Made by a program: the position numbers and the translations under genes
Notes under the pieces: model-generated
Told to the model about the DNA's origin: nothing
The model's input: only the letters and a program-made list of their open reading frames with translations
Databases searched by the model: none
In this document: positions 9,860 to 19,385 of the stretch, piece after piece
Layout of the letters: the number at the start of each line of letters is the position of its first letter
Numbering within the stretch: position 1 is the stretch's first letter
DNA from: an uncultured delta proteobacterium
Lineage (GTDB): Bacteria; Myxococcota_A; Polyangia; Fen-1088
Direction of reading: 5' to 3'
Assembly: GCA_963796685.1 (NCBI GenBank)
Contig: CAWCMR010000007.1
Location: 1 to 64,000, forward strand
Length of the DNA stretch: 64,000 nt

Positions 9860-10794
9860 CCCGGCGGAGGAGGGTGGGGTTGCTCGGCATCCTTGGCGTT
9901 GTCGTGGGCGTCACCGGTTGCTCGCGCGCCGATGTGTACGCCATCACGGGCGAAACCACCCTCGACGCCAGCGGCGGCGACCAGAGCACAGTCTCGGTCC
10001 CATGCCCCTCGCCCGTGCTGCAGGCGGGGGAAACGAGCGTGACGTTGCAAGTCGGCTCCTTGAGCCGTAGCTATGTGCTGCACATTCCCTCGGCGTATGA
10101 CGGCAGTAAGCCGGTCCCGCTGGTCGTGGACTTTCATGGGATTGGCGGCTCGGGAGCGAGCGAGCTGACGAGCTCACCGTATCCCGCCACGACCGATCCC
10201 GAAGGTGTGGTCATGGCATTTCCGGACGGCCTCAAGGGTCCTGCCGGCACGGCCTGGAATATGGGTCCCTGTTGTGTGGCCAATGTCGACGATGTGTCGT
10301 TTGCCCGGGCCTTGCTGACTGATGTTCAAAGGACCGCTTGCATCGATCCCAAGCGCATTTACGCCGTCGGCGTCTTGACGGGCGGCGGGATGGCCTACTA
10401 CCTTGCGTGCCATGCGGCCGATGTGTTCGCCGCCGTGGCGCCCGCAGCGTTCGATCTCCTGGCCGAGAACGTCGACGACTGCAAACCGACCCGTCCAATC
10501 ACCGAAATCACCTTCCGTGGCACCGCGCCTAGTCGCGTGCCTTACGCGGGCGGCGCGTCCTCCCTGGTGCCCGGCATGCCGATCACGTTCCTCGGCGCGG
10601 TAGCGACCTTCGCGACATGGGCCCAGCTCGACGGTTGCACGGGATCGCCGTCCCAGGCCGACAGCCATGGGTGCTCGAGCTACTCGGGTTGCCAGGCGGG
10701 GGTAGAGGTTATCCTCTGCACCAAGTCGGGCGGCGGTGAGGATCCGGGCGACCCCAGCATCGCTTGGCCCGTGCTCAATCGCCATACGCTCTGA
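9856..10794 (+). CDS. LpqC / PHB-depolymerase-like alpha/beta-fold lipoprotein, apparently catalytically inactive
   Basis: Lipobox VTGC; RSYVLHIP, PLVVDFHG, WNMGPCC and DDVSF motifs; but the nucleophile elbow reads GVLTGGGM. Confidence 0.8.
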   Translation: MTRRRRVGLLGILGVVVGVTGCSRADVYAITGETTLDASGGDQSTVSVPCPSPVLQAGETSVTLQVGSLSRSYVLHIPSAYDGSKPVPLVVDFHGIGGSGASELTSSPYPATTDPEGVVMAFPDGLKGPAGTAWNMGPCCVANVDDVSFARALLTDVQRTACIDPKRIYAVGVLTGGGMAYYLACHAADVFAAVAPAAFDLLAENVDDCKPTRPITEITFRGTAPSRVPYAGGASSLVPGMPITFLGAVATFATWAQLDGCTGSPSQADSHGCSSYSGCQAGVEVILCTKSGGGEDPGDPSIAWPVLNRHTL

Positions 10795-10924
10795 CCGGCA
10801 TCTGACCTGTCCGCCCGCGTTTCCCGCACGGCGACGTCACTTTCTTGGACCAGTTCGCGGGGCCCGTGCAGCTGCCATACGACCTTGGCGCACAAGGTGT
10901 TCGCCTATACGGAGGAGCGCATCG

Positions 10925-12286
10925 ATGAGAACAGTGCATCTGGTAAAGAGCATGGTGGTCGCCGGCATTCTGAGCATCGCCATTGGCGGCTGCGGCAATT
11001 CAGGCAGCGGAGGTGCGAGCACCGGGGGAACGACCAGCCCGGCAGGCGGTGTAGGCGGGGCCTCTGGCTCGGGCGGCACCACCAGCACGGGGAGCGGGAC
11101 GACCGGCACTGGCGGGAGTACAGCGCAAGTCGTCACGGGTGGGGCGACCGGTCATGGTGGGATGGCGGCGTCAGGTGGCTCGCAGGGCACGGGTGGGGTG
11201 CAGGGAACGGGGGGAACGAAAGCCGGCACGGGCGGTTCATCGATGCAAAATAGCGGCGGCGTGGCTACTTCTGGAGGCGCGATTGGCACCGGCGGTGGCA
11301 TGGGCGGCGGGATGACGGGCACGACCGGAGGTGCGGCGACAGGGGGCGGAATGGGAAGCGGCGGTCGTACGTCGTCGTCCACCGGTGGTGCGCCCACCGG
11401 TGGCTCGACAGGTGCGGGTGGAGTTGTCGGCACGGGCGGGGCCGCAGGTGGCAGCACCGGCACCGGGACTTGCACCGCATCCAAGGCCGCGGGCACGAAT
11501 GCATCGGGGAGCGGGCCGCACAAAGTGACCGTCGAGACGAACTCCGACCCCGGGATTAACGAGGGCACCGTTTACCGTCCCACCGACCTGGGGGGCACCG
11601 AAAAGTATCCAATCTTTGCCTGGGGAGAGGGTGGCTGCTCGGAGAACGGATCGTCGAACTCGGCGGCCATGGCCGAGATCGCCTCCCACGGATACTTCGT
11701 CATCGCAGACGGCACGCCGGGCGGGTCGGCCTCTCGCAGCATGGATAGCTCAAACCCCGCGTCGATGGGGACGCCCCTGCTCGCGTACATCACCTGGGCC
11801 ATCGCCGAGAACGCCAAGCCCTGCAGCGCGTACTACCAGAGCCTCGATACCACGAAGATCGCAACCAATGGATTCTCGTGCGGCGGATTGATGGCCGAGG
11901 GCACCGCCGGCGATCCTCGCATTACCACCTGGGGGCTCAACAGCAGCGGGCTGTTTGCTTCGAACCAGGCTTTCTACAAGACGATCCACACACCGGTGCT
12001 GATCGTGCTCGGTGGCTCTGGCGACATCGCGTACACGAACGGCGAGAACGACTACACCAACATCAGCGCGCTCAAGATTCCGATCATGTTGTTCAGCAAG
12101 GCACTCGGTCACGGAGGGGATTTGTTCTCGACCCATGGTGGCGACTTCACCAAGATCGATCTGGCCTGGCTGAACTGGTGGCTGAAGGGTGACGAAGGCG
12201 CGACAGGGAAGGGCGTTCTCGTAGGCTCGGGCTGCACCTATTGCACCGACAGCGCCTGGGAAGTCAAGTCGGCGAACCTGCCGTAG
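10925..12286 (+). CDS. Lipoprotein with long Gly/Thr/Ser linker and an alpha/beta hydrolase domain
   Basis: Lipobox IGGC; ~170-aa low-complexity linker; intact GFSCGG, GDIAY and GHGG triad motifs. Confidence 0.82.
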   Translation: MRTVHLVKSMVVAGILSIAIGGCGNSGSGGASTGGTTSPAGGVGGASGSGGTTSTGSGTTGTGGSTAQVVTGGATGHGGMAASGGSQGTGGVQGTGGTKAGTGGSSMQNSGGVATSGGAIGTGGGMGGGMTGTTGGAATGGGMGSGGRTSSSTGGAPTGGSTGAGGVVGTGGAAGGSTGTGTCTASKAAGTNASGSGPHKVTVETNSDPGINEGTVYRPTDLGGTEKYPIFAWGEGGCSENGSSNSAAMAEIASHGYFVIADGTPGGSASRSMDSSNPASMGTPLLAYITWAIAENAKPCSAYYQSLDTTKIATNGFSCGGLMAEGTAGDPRITTWGLNSSGLFASNQAFYKTIHTPVLIVLGGSGDIAYTNGENDYTNISALKIPIMLFSKALGHGGDLFSTHGGDFTKIDLAWLNWWLKGDEGATGKGVLVGSGCTYCTDSAWEVKSANLP

Positions 12287-12306
12287 GGTGCGCGTGTCGG
12301 GAAATT

Positions 12307-12332
12307 GCGGGCCGCCCGAAGGGCAGGCCCGC
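12307..12332 (+). terminator. GC-rich stem-loop downstream of the hydrolase
   Basis: GCGGGCC-GCCC-GAA-GGGC-A-GGCCCGC; weak U-tract. Confidence 0.35.
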
Positions 12333-12653
12333 GGGTTGGTGTCGTGTTCAGTGAACCTCATGCGCGTCAGGGTTCTGACGAATGCAATTCCGCATGCCTC
12401 AGGATCGTCGCAAATCCGACAGGTTGCACCCATGACCCAACGACCGTGGCGCGACAGGAATGTGACGCTCCATGGAGCCATTGAGTAATAGACACCATCA
12501 CAATTTGCTTAGTTAGCTACACCACAACAATATTCGGCGCTATTATTGAGACATCTTGTTGGGCCGTTTCCCAACCAAGTGACTCCATGGGTTCTTATCC
12601 CGATTCCATGACAAACCGAATGCAACGCCTGCAACAGCGAAGGAAAGTCCTTC

Positions 12654-14012
12654 GTGCTTGCTGAATTGGAAGCGGACCATCTGGTCGGCTTGGTCGTGGG
12701 CGGAGCCTACCAGTTGGTGGGGCGCATTGGCGAAGGTGGCATGGGCGCGGTCTACGAAGCGCACCATCTTCGCCTGCAGAAGCGCGTGGCGGTCAAGCTG
12801 ATGAACCGTGCGATGGTGCGCAACCCCGACGCGCTTGCTCGCTTTCATCGCGAGGCAAGGATCGCCTCGCGTCTCGGTCATCCCAATCTCGTGAACGTTC
12901 TCGATTTCGGCTCCATCGAGGAGGGCCAGCCCTATCTCGTGATGGAATATCTCGAGGGGGAGGATCTCGATCGGCGGATTCATCGCGTCGGCGCGGTGCC
13001 GCTGGCGAATGCTATCCAGATTGCGCGTCAGGTGGCGTCGGCTCTGGCGGTGGTGCACGCGAAAGGCATCGTGCACCGCGATCTCAAGCCGGCCAACGTC
13101 TTTCTCGTACAAGTGCCCGGCGAGCCGGACTTCGTCAAGGTTCTCGACTTCGGTGTCTCGAAGATCAAGGCGGCGCGAACCAAGCTTACGGATGCGTGTA
13201 CGGTGCTTGGCACCCCCGAGTACATGTCGCCCGAGCAGGCATCCGCTTCGGGCGACGACATCGATCATCGCGCCGATCAATGGGCACTGGCCTGTATCGT
13301 GTGGGAGATGTTGTCGGGCCGCACCCCCTTCGCCGCCGACCATACCGATGCCGTCTTCTACCAATTGGCCAACCTCGCCCCGCCGCCTCTGGCGAAGCAC
13401 GCGCCCGACTTGCCCTCGGCGGTAGAGTCGGTTCTGCTTCGCGCGCTGTCCAAGCGGGCCTTGGATCGCTATGCCTCGATGCGGGAGTTCGCACGTGCGC
13501 TTGAAATGGCCGCGCTCGGCAGTTGCAGCGATTTTACGCCCATGCCCCTCGAACGCGCAAAGACGGTTGCGAAGTGCGAGGCGAATGCATCGGGCGAGGA
13601 CGTCTCGGATGTTCCGCTCGAGCTTCATCCGGCAAGGCGGCGCGCCTTCGCAATCAGGCCCATTCTCGCCGGATTGGCGATCGTGCTTGTCATCACCGTG
13701 GGTAGTGTGTTGTTCGCCGGGGCACGCGGCACGGTGGGCAAGACCGCCCAACAGGCAGCCATCGCCGCCGTGTCGGTCGTGCAGGTCAGGCCTGCCTTGC
13801 CGATCGTGGTGCCCAAGCAGGAGCTTGCCGAGGAGGCAACGGGTGCGGAACCGACGGGTTCCCCGTCGATGGCCGATGCGCTGGGAAGGGCGAATTCCTT
13901 CACCGGCTCCGCCGTGTCGCGCGCGCGACGTTCGAAGTCCCGCGACAAGCGGCCAGCCGGCCGCCTCATGGCGAGGCCGATTGGCACGAGGCCCATCTTC
14001 GAGGCGCTATGA
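12654..14012 (+). CDS. Ser/Thr protein kinase (Hanks type) with TM helix
   Basis: GEGGMGAVY, VAVK, HRDLKPAN, DFG, GTPEYMSPEQ. Confidence 0.95.
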   Translation: MLAELEADHLVGLVVGGAYQLVGRIGEGGMGAVYEAHHLRLQKRVAVKLMNRAMVRNPDALARFHREARIASRLGHPNLVNVLDFGSIEEGQPYLVMEYLEGEDLDRRIHRVGAVPLANAIQIARQVASALAVVHAKGIVHRDLKPANVFLVQVPGEPDFVKVLDFGVSKIKAARTKLTDACTVLGTPEYMSPEQASASGDDIDHRADQWALACIVWEMLSGRTPFAADHTDAVFYQLANLAPPPLAKHAPDLPSAVESVLLRALSKRALDRYASMREFARALEMAALGSCSDFTPMPLERAKTVAKCEANASGEDVSDVPLELHPARRRAFAIRPILAGLAIVLVITVGSVLFAGARGTVGKTAQQAAIAAVSVVQVRPALPIVVPKQELAEEATGAEPTGSPSMADALGRANSFTGSAVSRARRSKSRDKRPAGRLMARPIGTRPIFEAL

Positions 14013-14992
14013 CGGTCATGTTCGCGGCGTCCCTCGTCATGATGTCCCTGCTCGGGCAAGGGGCGCGTGAGACGTCGCCATCCGGCGAGGCCAAGGCCAA
14101 GGCCCAGGTCCTGCTCAGACGGGGAACGCAACACTACCGGCACGCCGAGATTGCCGACGCGCTCGCGGACTTCAGAACGGCCTACGGGATCTTTCCAAGT
14201 CCCAAGCTGCTCTTCAACATCGGCCAGTGCAGCCGCGATCTCGGTCGGCCCGTCGAAGCCATCGCAGCCTTCGAGCAATTCCTCGCCGAGGTTCCCGACG
14301 AATCCGGGGGGATGGTGGCAGAAGCCAGGCGCTCGGTGGAGGAGCTCTCCATGGAAGTGGGCAAGTTGCTCATCGAATGCCCGGTATCCGGTGCGCAGAT
14401 CGAGCTGGACGGAAAGAACATCGGCGCTGCGCCCATCAAGAGCTTGGTGCGTGTCACGCCTGGATACCATCAGCTGACGGCGGTTCGCGAGGGTAGCTCG
14501 CCGGTCATGCGGGAGACCCATGTTCTTGCGGGAACCCTCGAGACCGTCGTGCTACAGCCCCGGGCGTCGGTCGATGGGACGCGTGCGAAGGCCGGGGGCA
14601 CCAACAAGCCTCCGCTGCTGGCTTCCGGCCGGTCCAACCGGAGCGCACGCAGCGGCGGCGACTGGTTGCTGGGGCGGACATGGACTTGGGTGGCCACGGG
14701 CTCGGCGATCGTCTTTGCAGGAGGCGCGACTGCAGCGGGCTTGGTGATGCGGTCGAAGTTCAAAGCCCTGGACGCCAGCTGTGGCCGCTCTTCCGGCGAG
14801 ACCTACACGGGGTGCAATTCGAGCGACTTCGCCGCTCTTGATTCTTGGAAGACCACGGCCAACGTGCTGTGGGGACTGTCCGCCGCCGCGGCGATGACCG
14901 CGGGAGTGCTATTTTACGTCGAGGGCCGCGGGGTGGATGTTTCACCCAGCGCGGGCCAGGTGATTGGTTTGACCGCGAGCATGAGGTATTGA
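14009..14992 (+). CDS. TPR + PEGA domain protein
   Basis: PKLLFNIGQC..LGR..EAI..FEQFL; PEGA motif GAQIELDG..IG.AP...V.PG.H; ATGA overlap with the kinase. Confidence 0.8.
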   Translation: MTVMFAASLVMMSLLGQGARETSPSGEAKAKAQVLLRRGTQHYRHAEIADALADFRTAYGIFPSPKLLFNIGQCSRDLGRPVEAIAAFEQFLAEVPDESGGMVAEARRSVEELSMEVGKLLIECPVSGAQIELDGKNIGAAPIKSLVRVTPGYHQLTAVREGSSPVMRETHVLAGTLETVVLQPRASVDGTRAKAGGTNKPPLLASGRSNRSARSGGDWLLGRTWTWVATGSAIVFAGGATAAGLVMRSKFKALDASCGRSSGETYTGCNSSDFAALDSWKTTANVLWGLSAAAAMTAGVLFYVEGRGVDVSPSAGQVIGLTASMRY

Positions 14993-14994
14993 AC

Positions 14995-15864
14995 ATGGGG
15001 AAGCTCGGCATGACACCGCTCGTCTGCGCCCTGCTAGGGTCCTGTACCTACGACGCCGAGCGGTTGCTTCCACCGGTTGATAGGTCACCGGTTGGCGATG
15101 CCTTGCGCTCGGACACGGCGGCGGACCTTCGCGAACCCGATGTCTGGAAGACCGATTCCCGCGACGCAGGCGTCGCCCAGGAGCGCGAGGCGGGCACGCG
15201 CGGGCCCGGCGCTCCCGACGCCGACGGGACGAGCAGCGCCATGGGCAGCAAGATTGAGGAAGCGACCTTCCTGTCCGGTCGTGCACAGGGCGCTCTCACG
15301 GGTCTGGGGTACGTAAGTCTTGGCGTGATTGATGCGGTCACTTCCCCCACCTGCAGCGGGATGCAAATTGGTGGGCTTTCTCCATCCATGCCTCCCGTGA
15401 CATTCAATTCGACCTGTCGACCCTCGTCCATCACGTGGGATTCCGCAACGGGCCTTTGTGTGTCCGGCACCATCCCGGGCGAATCGTCCTATCCCAGCTA
15501 CATGGACTACATGATTGACTGGGGGATCTTGGTCGGCGTCGCGACCCGAGAGCCGGTGCAGGCGATTGGCATCGCCTACAGTAGCATCACCCTGATAGTA
15601 TCGGGATGGGACTCGGACAATCTGTTCGCGGTGGTGCATCTGGCCGACGATGCGAGCGGCTTGACGTACTGTTCCCGCATGACGTCGGGCATCCCCATCA
15701 AGCTTTCCTCCTTCAACACGGAATGCCTATTCGGCAGCGGCAAGCGCTTGGCCGAAGCGGACGTGCAAAACATCGACAAGATCGGTGTTCAAATTCCACC
15801 GTCGCAGTCCGACCTGACGGTTGCGGATTTCTGCCTCGGCAAGATCGCGCTCGCCCGGCCTTAG
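14995..15864 (+). CDS. Hypothetical lipoprotein
   Basis: Lipobox LLGSC; low-complexity linker followed by a Cys-containing beta-rich domain. Confidence 0.7.
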   Translation: MGKLGMTPLVCALLGSCTYDAERLLPPVDRSPVGDALRSDTAADLREPDVWKTDSRDAGVAQEREAGTRGPGAPDADGTSSAMGSKIEEATFLSGRAQGALTGLGYVSLGVIDAVTSPTCSGMQIGGLSPSMPPVTFNSTCRPSSITWDSATGLCVSGTIPGESSYPSYMDYMIDWGILVGVATREPVQAIGIAYSSITLIVSGWDSDNLFAVVHLADDASGLTYCSRMTSGIPIKLSSFNTECLFGSGKRLAEADVQNIDKIGVQIPPSQSDLTVADFCLGKIALARP

Positions 15865-15916
15865 GCGAGCGACGCAGCCAGCCGGGATGAATCGACCGCG
15901 AGCCTGCTAAGGTGAC

Positions 15917-17707
15917 TTAGCGCCCGGGCGGGCCGTACAGGGTTTCCCGCCAGTCGGCGTAACCGAAGCTGCCCTTGAGGGTCTGCACCGTGTTCCACGA
16001 CGGGTCGACCTCGATCATTTGACCCGAGGTCGTATAGGTGACGAGCGTATTGCCGTTGGGCAGGCGTTGCACATCTCCGAGCACGTTGCTCGACACCCCG
16101 GACGAGAAATCCTTGACCTGCGTGTAGCTGATGGCACTGGCGGTTTCGGTGAGGCCGAGCTCCAGGACGTGCGCGCTGCCCGAGCTGCCGTTGTTGAAGA
16201 TGAGCAGGTTGCCGCTCTTGTGGTCGAAGTCGTGCCCGTGGTTCACCATCCAAGCGCCCGCGGCGCACTTGGGCGCTTTCGCCCCGGTGCAGCTACCGCC
16301 GATTTGCCACACCGGCGTGCCGTCGTGCTTGACCTTGACGTAGAGGTTGGGGTTGCGATCGCCGATGGTGTAGGTGTCGTCCTCCTGGTGATACAGGATC
16401 GAATTGCAATGGTAGGTGTTGCCGCTGCCGCCAAAGGCGCTCTGTCCGCCGGCGTAGAGATTCGAGCCGATCTTGAACGCGGTGGTGCTGTCCCCTGAGC
16501 CATCATCGGCATGCTCGACCAGATTGCTCTCCGGATCCGTGCCCGTCGTCGTCCACACCATGGTGGCGATCTTGCCCGGCAACACCGCGAAGTCGTGGTG
16601 GGCCGACGACAGTCCGCTGATCTTCGTCTGACCGGTCTGACCGTCCATGGACAAGAAGCGCGCCTCCCCGCCGGTGTTCTGCACATTGAGCGAGAGCATC
16701 CACATGTTCACGCCCTCGTAATCCATGCGTGCCCGACTGCACTGGCTGGGCGCCGCGGCAGCCCAAACCACCGCACCGTCCGCATCGAGGATGTAGGCGG
16801 CGTTGGCCGAGCTGGTCCCTCCGCCCATACCGCTGCCCATGCCCGTGCTGGTGACGATGAAACCGACCGCTTGCGCCGAGGTGTTGCTTGCAACGGTTCG
16901 CGTGACCGAAGGCACCCCGGACAGGGTGCCGGTCTTGGGCAGGGCGTAGTCCGAGCTCTTGCACGTCTGGCCGTTCGACGAGGTGGCCTCGATGTGGAAG
17001 GTGTAGCTGCTCGACTGTTTGAGGCCGAGCAAGAGGGTGTGGTAGTGGGTCTTCTTGAGATCGACCGGTGCCGCGCCGCCCTTGTTGAGGATGCCCGAGC
17101 CGGCGTTGTCGAGGGTGTACACGATCTGCGCGCTGGCGAGAGGCGCAAGCGTCGTCGACCATTCCACGATGCCCGCGGTCGCCATGGCAGGGCTGAGCTG
17201 ATTGGTGATGATGGTGAAGGTGCAGTCGGTGCCGGACGAGCCCCCCGCGCTCCCGCCGCCGCCCGAGACCCCACCGCTTCCGGAGGAGCCACCCGTGGCC
17301 TTCGCGCCGCCGCTGCCGCCGGAGCTTCCCCCCTTACCCGAAACACCGCCCGAGCTGCCTCCCGTCGTCGTGCTACCACCGCTCCCGACGCGGCCACCCG
17401 ACGACGCGCCGGCATTGCCACCCGTGGAGGAATCGCCGCCCGTGGCCGAGCCACCGCTGCCGGTCCGGCCGCCGCTGCCCAATCTACCACCCGATGCGCT
17501 GGTGCCGCCGGCCCCGCCTCGCGCGGAGGTGTCGGCCGACGAGCCGCCTCGGCCGCCCGAAGCACCGCTCGAGGTCCCGCCTTGGCCAGCCCCGGAGGCG
17601 CCGCCACTGCCCGAGCCTGCACTGCTCGGCTGGGTGGGATTGCAGGATGCGAAGAGAATCAAGAAGCTCAGGCGAAGGAGCGTGGAGCAAGGCCGTCGTA
17701 TCTGCAT
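15917..17707 (-). CDS. Arylsulfotransferase (ASST)-family lipoprotein with Gly/Ser linker
   Basis: Lipobox FASC; AHHDF, HCNSI, NHGHDF and GDVQRLPNGNTLV motifs. Confidence 0.75.
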   Translation of the reverse strand: MQIRRPCSTLLRLSFLILFASCNPTQPSSAGSGSGGASGAGQGGTSSGASGGRGGSSADTSARGGAGGTSASGGRLGSGGRTGSGGSATGGDSSTGGNAGASSGGRVGSGGSTTTGGSSGGVSGKGGSSGGSGGAKATGGSSGSGGVSGGGGSAGGSSGTDCTFTIITNQLSPAMATAGIVEWSTTLAPLASAQIVYTLDNAGSGILNKGGAAPVDLKKTHYHTLLLGLKQSSSYTFHIEATSSNGQTCKSSDYALPKTGTLSGVPSVTRTVASNTSAQAVGFIVTSTGMGSGMGGGTSSANAAYILDADGAVVWAAAAPSQCSRARMDYEGVNMWMLSLNVQNTGGEARFLSMDGQTGQTKISGLSSAHHDFAVLPGKIATMVWTTTGTDPESNLVEHADDGSGDSTTAFKIGSNLYAGGQSAFGGSGNTYHCNSILYHQEDDTYTIGDRNPNLYVKVKHDGTPVWQIGGSCTGAKAPKCAAGAWMVNHGHDFDHKSGNLLIFNNGSSGSAHVLELGLTETASAISYTQVKDFSSGVSSNVLGDVQRLPNGNTLVTYTTSGQMIEVDPSWNTVQTLKGSFGYADWRETLYGPPGR

Positions 17708-17911
17708 GCGGAACACTTCCTTTTGTCGGGTTGTGCGGGTAGTCCGGGTTGGAGGCGCAGGTACGACGGAATCGCCAATGAAAAGCCCTGCGTCGACAGA
17801 CAGCGTCGACATGATGCGTTCTGCTGCCCGGCGCTGTCGTCCGCGAGGTCATTGCTCGGTGGCCTCCAGAAGCATCACCCATCCAAGGAGCTTGGAAAGG
17901 TGTCCCGCCCG

Positions 17912-18355
17912 CTACAGCTCTACGTCACCGTACTTTTGACAGGTGGGCCGCTTGATTTGCTCTACGGTGTACTTGAACGTAAATGTCGTTTGCGGGGAGC
18001 CTTCATCCTCGCTGACGGATATCTTGATGGGGACAGATCCCTTCTTGGGCGCCTTGATGTCCCCGGGAATGTCGACGAACCCGAATGACTGGATGGTTTG
18101 GCTGTTGTTTCCGAGGGATACTTCCAGCTTGTCATTTTCCTTGTTGGTCTGACAGCTCAAGTTGAACAAGAGACTGCCATCTTGTTGCTCCCTGCAATTG
18201 GAAGGGCTGCAAGTGAACGTGATGCTCCTTCCCTTGCTCTTCAGCGTATTGATCGTGCGAGCAGGTTCGGAATTCTTCTGTCGTCTTTCCGCCTTCTTGG
18301 CCAACGAAGCCGAAGTCAGCATCAAGAGGATGATCGCGGCGCCAACAAGTTTCAT
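17912..18355 (-). CDS. Hypothetical secreted protein, AT-richer than its neighbours
   Basis: AAAGGAG RBS upstream of ATG 18355; signal peptide; Lys-rich; four Cys. Confidence 0.55.
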   Translation of the reverse strand: MKLVGAAIILLMLTSASLAKKAERRQKNSEPARTINTLKSKGRSITFTCSPSNCREQQDGSLLFNLSCQTNKENDKLEVSLGNNSQTIQSFGFVDIPGDIKAPKKGSVPIKISVSEDEGSPQTTFTFKYTVEQIKRPTCQKYGDVEL

Positions 18356-18458
18356 TCTGCGCACTCCTTTCGTTCTTGTTGAGAGCACGGTAGCCGGTCC
18401 ATGGGTGTCCACCGAGGATGACCGACGCGTAGAGCTTGGTCAACCGGTAGCGCAGGCT

Positions 18459-18816
18459 TCAGTAGGCGTGGCAGTCGAAGCAGTCGGGGCGGACGCTGGC
18501 CTGTAGGTGGCAGCGGTCGCAGAACTGTTCGCGGTGGGCGTGGCAGCTTCGGCAAGACGAGATGCCTTGCGGGCGAGCGCCGGCGAGAATCCATGCGCTT
18601 TCCCTCGCGCACGACCTGGTCGCGCAGGCGCTTGAGATGCTGCATGTGCTCGAAGCGCATGTTGGCCTTGGGTAGGATGCAAGTCGTGCTCAGGGCGGCT
18701 GGTTCCAGCCATGGGGCCTTGGCTTCCGGTCGCGCGGCAAAGACGATGACCGCGTAGAGCAGGGGCATGGCCATGAGCACGAGCGAGGCGACGATGGCGC
18801 GTCGGTGCCCGGTCAT
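18459..18816 (-). pseudogene. Second copy of the DsrJ-like triheme cytochrome c, frameshifted at ~18589
   Basis: Extra A relative to the copy at 22099..22455. Confidence 0.75.
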
Positions 18817-19023
18817 CGCGCACCTCGGCCGGTGCGTTCGGCGTAGAGCAGGGCGAGGGCGCGATACACGACGTGGGCCAGCTTCGAGTAGGGAAGCATC
18901 CACAAGAGCACGAACACCGCGACCAGGTGCGCGGCGTACGCGGCGTGGCGCAGAGGCTCGATGCGAGTGAAATGGAGCAGCTCGGTGGCGAAGCCGGTAA
19001 AGACGATGACCAGCAGAGAGCCG
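18459..19023. repeat. Left copy of a ~565-bp direct repeat (qmoC 3' end plus dsrJ-like gene)
   Basis: Aligns to 22099..22662. Identical over ~260 bp apart from one indel, then roughly 19 substitutions (hand count). Confidence 0.95.
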
Positions 19024-19385
19024 TCTCCACCGGTCAACACTTGCACCTGCACGATCTGCAGCGCGGGGGAGGCGTCGCCATCAATGGCCTGGCTTGCCCC
19101 ATCCATGGAGTCGCCCCCAGCGCCGCTGGAACCTCCCGCCTGGTTGCCGACGCTGCCGGCGCTGCTCGCGGCATCGATACCGCCTGAACCGAAGCCGCCA
19201 AGGCCAACCCCGCCGGTTCCAGGCACTCCACCCGAGCTAGGCGAACCACCGGCTCCCGTGGTTCCACCGGTGCCAGACTTGCCACCCGACCCCGCCATGG
19301 CAATCGTTCCGCCTGTGCTGACCAAAGCCCCTCCCGAACCGGCCGTGCTTCCCCCGACGCCAGAGTCTCCGTGGGCACAGGCGGA
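18813..19385 (-). pseudogene. Chimeric ORF: Gly/Ser-rich lipoprotein-linker fragment fused in frame to the last 69 aa of a QmoC allele
   Basis: Junction ...VQVLTGGD|GSLLVIVFTGFATE at ~19023; no signal peptide or convincing start. Confidence 0.6.

Noticed and set aside
11005-11470. Gly/Thr-rich segment (also ~17230..17620) as a DNA repeat element
   Set aside because: Low-complexity protein linkers without exact nucleotide periodicity.
12470-12560. AT-rich stretch as ncRNA or origin
   Set aside because: No convincing stem or repeat; most simply the kinase promoter region.
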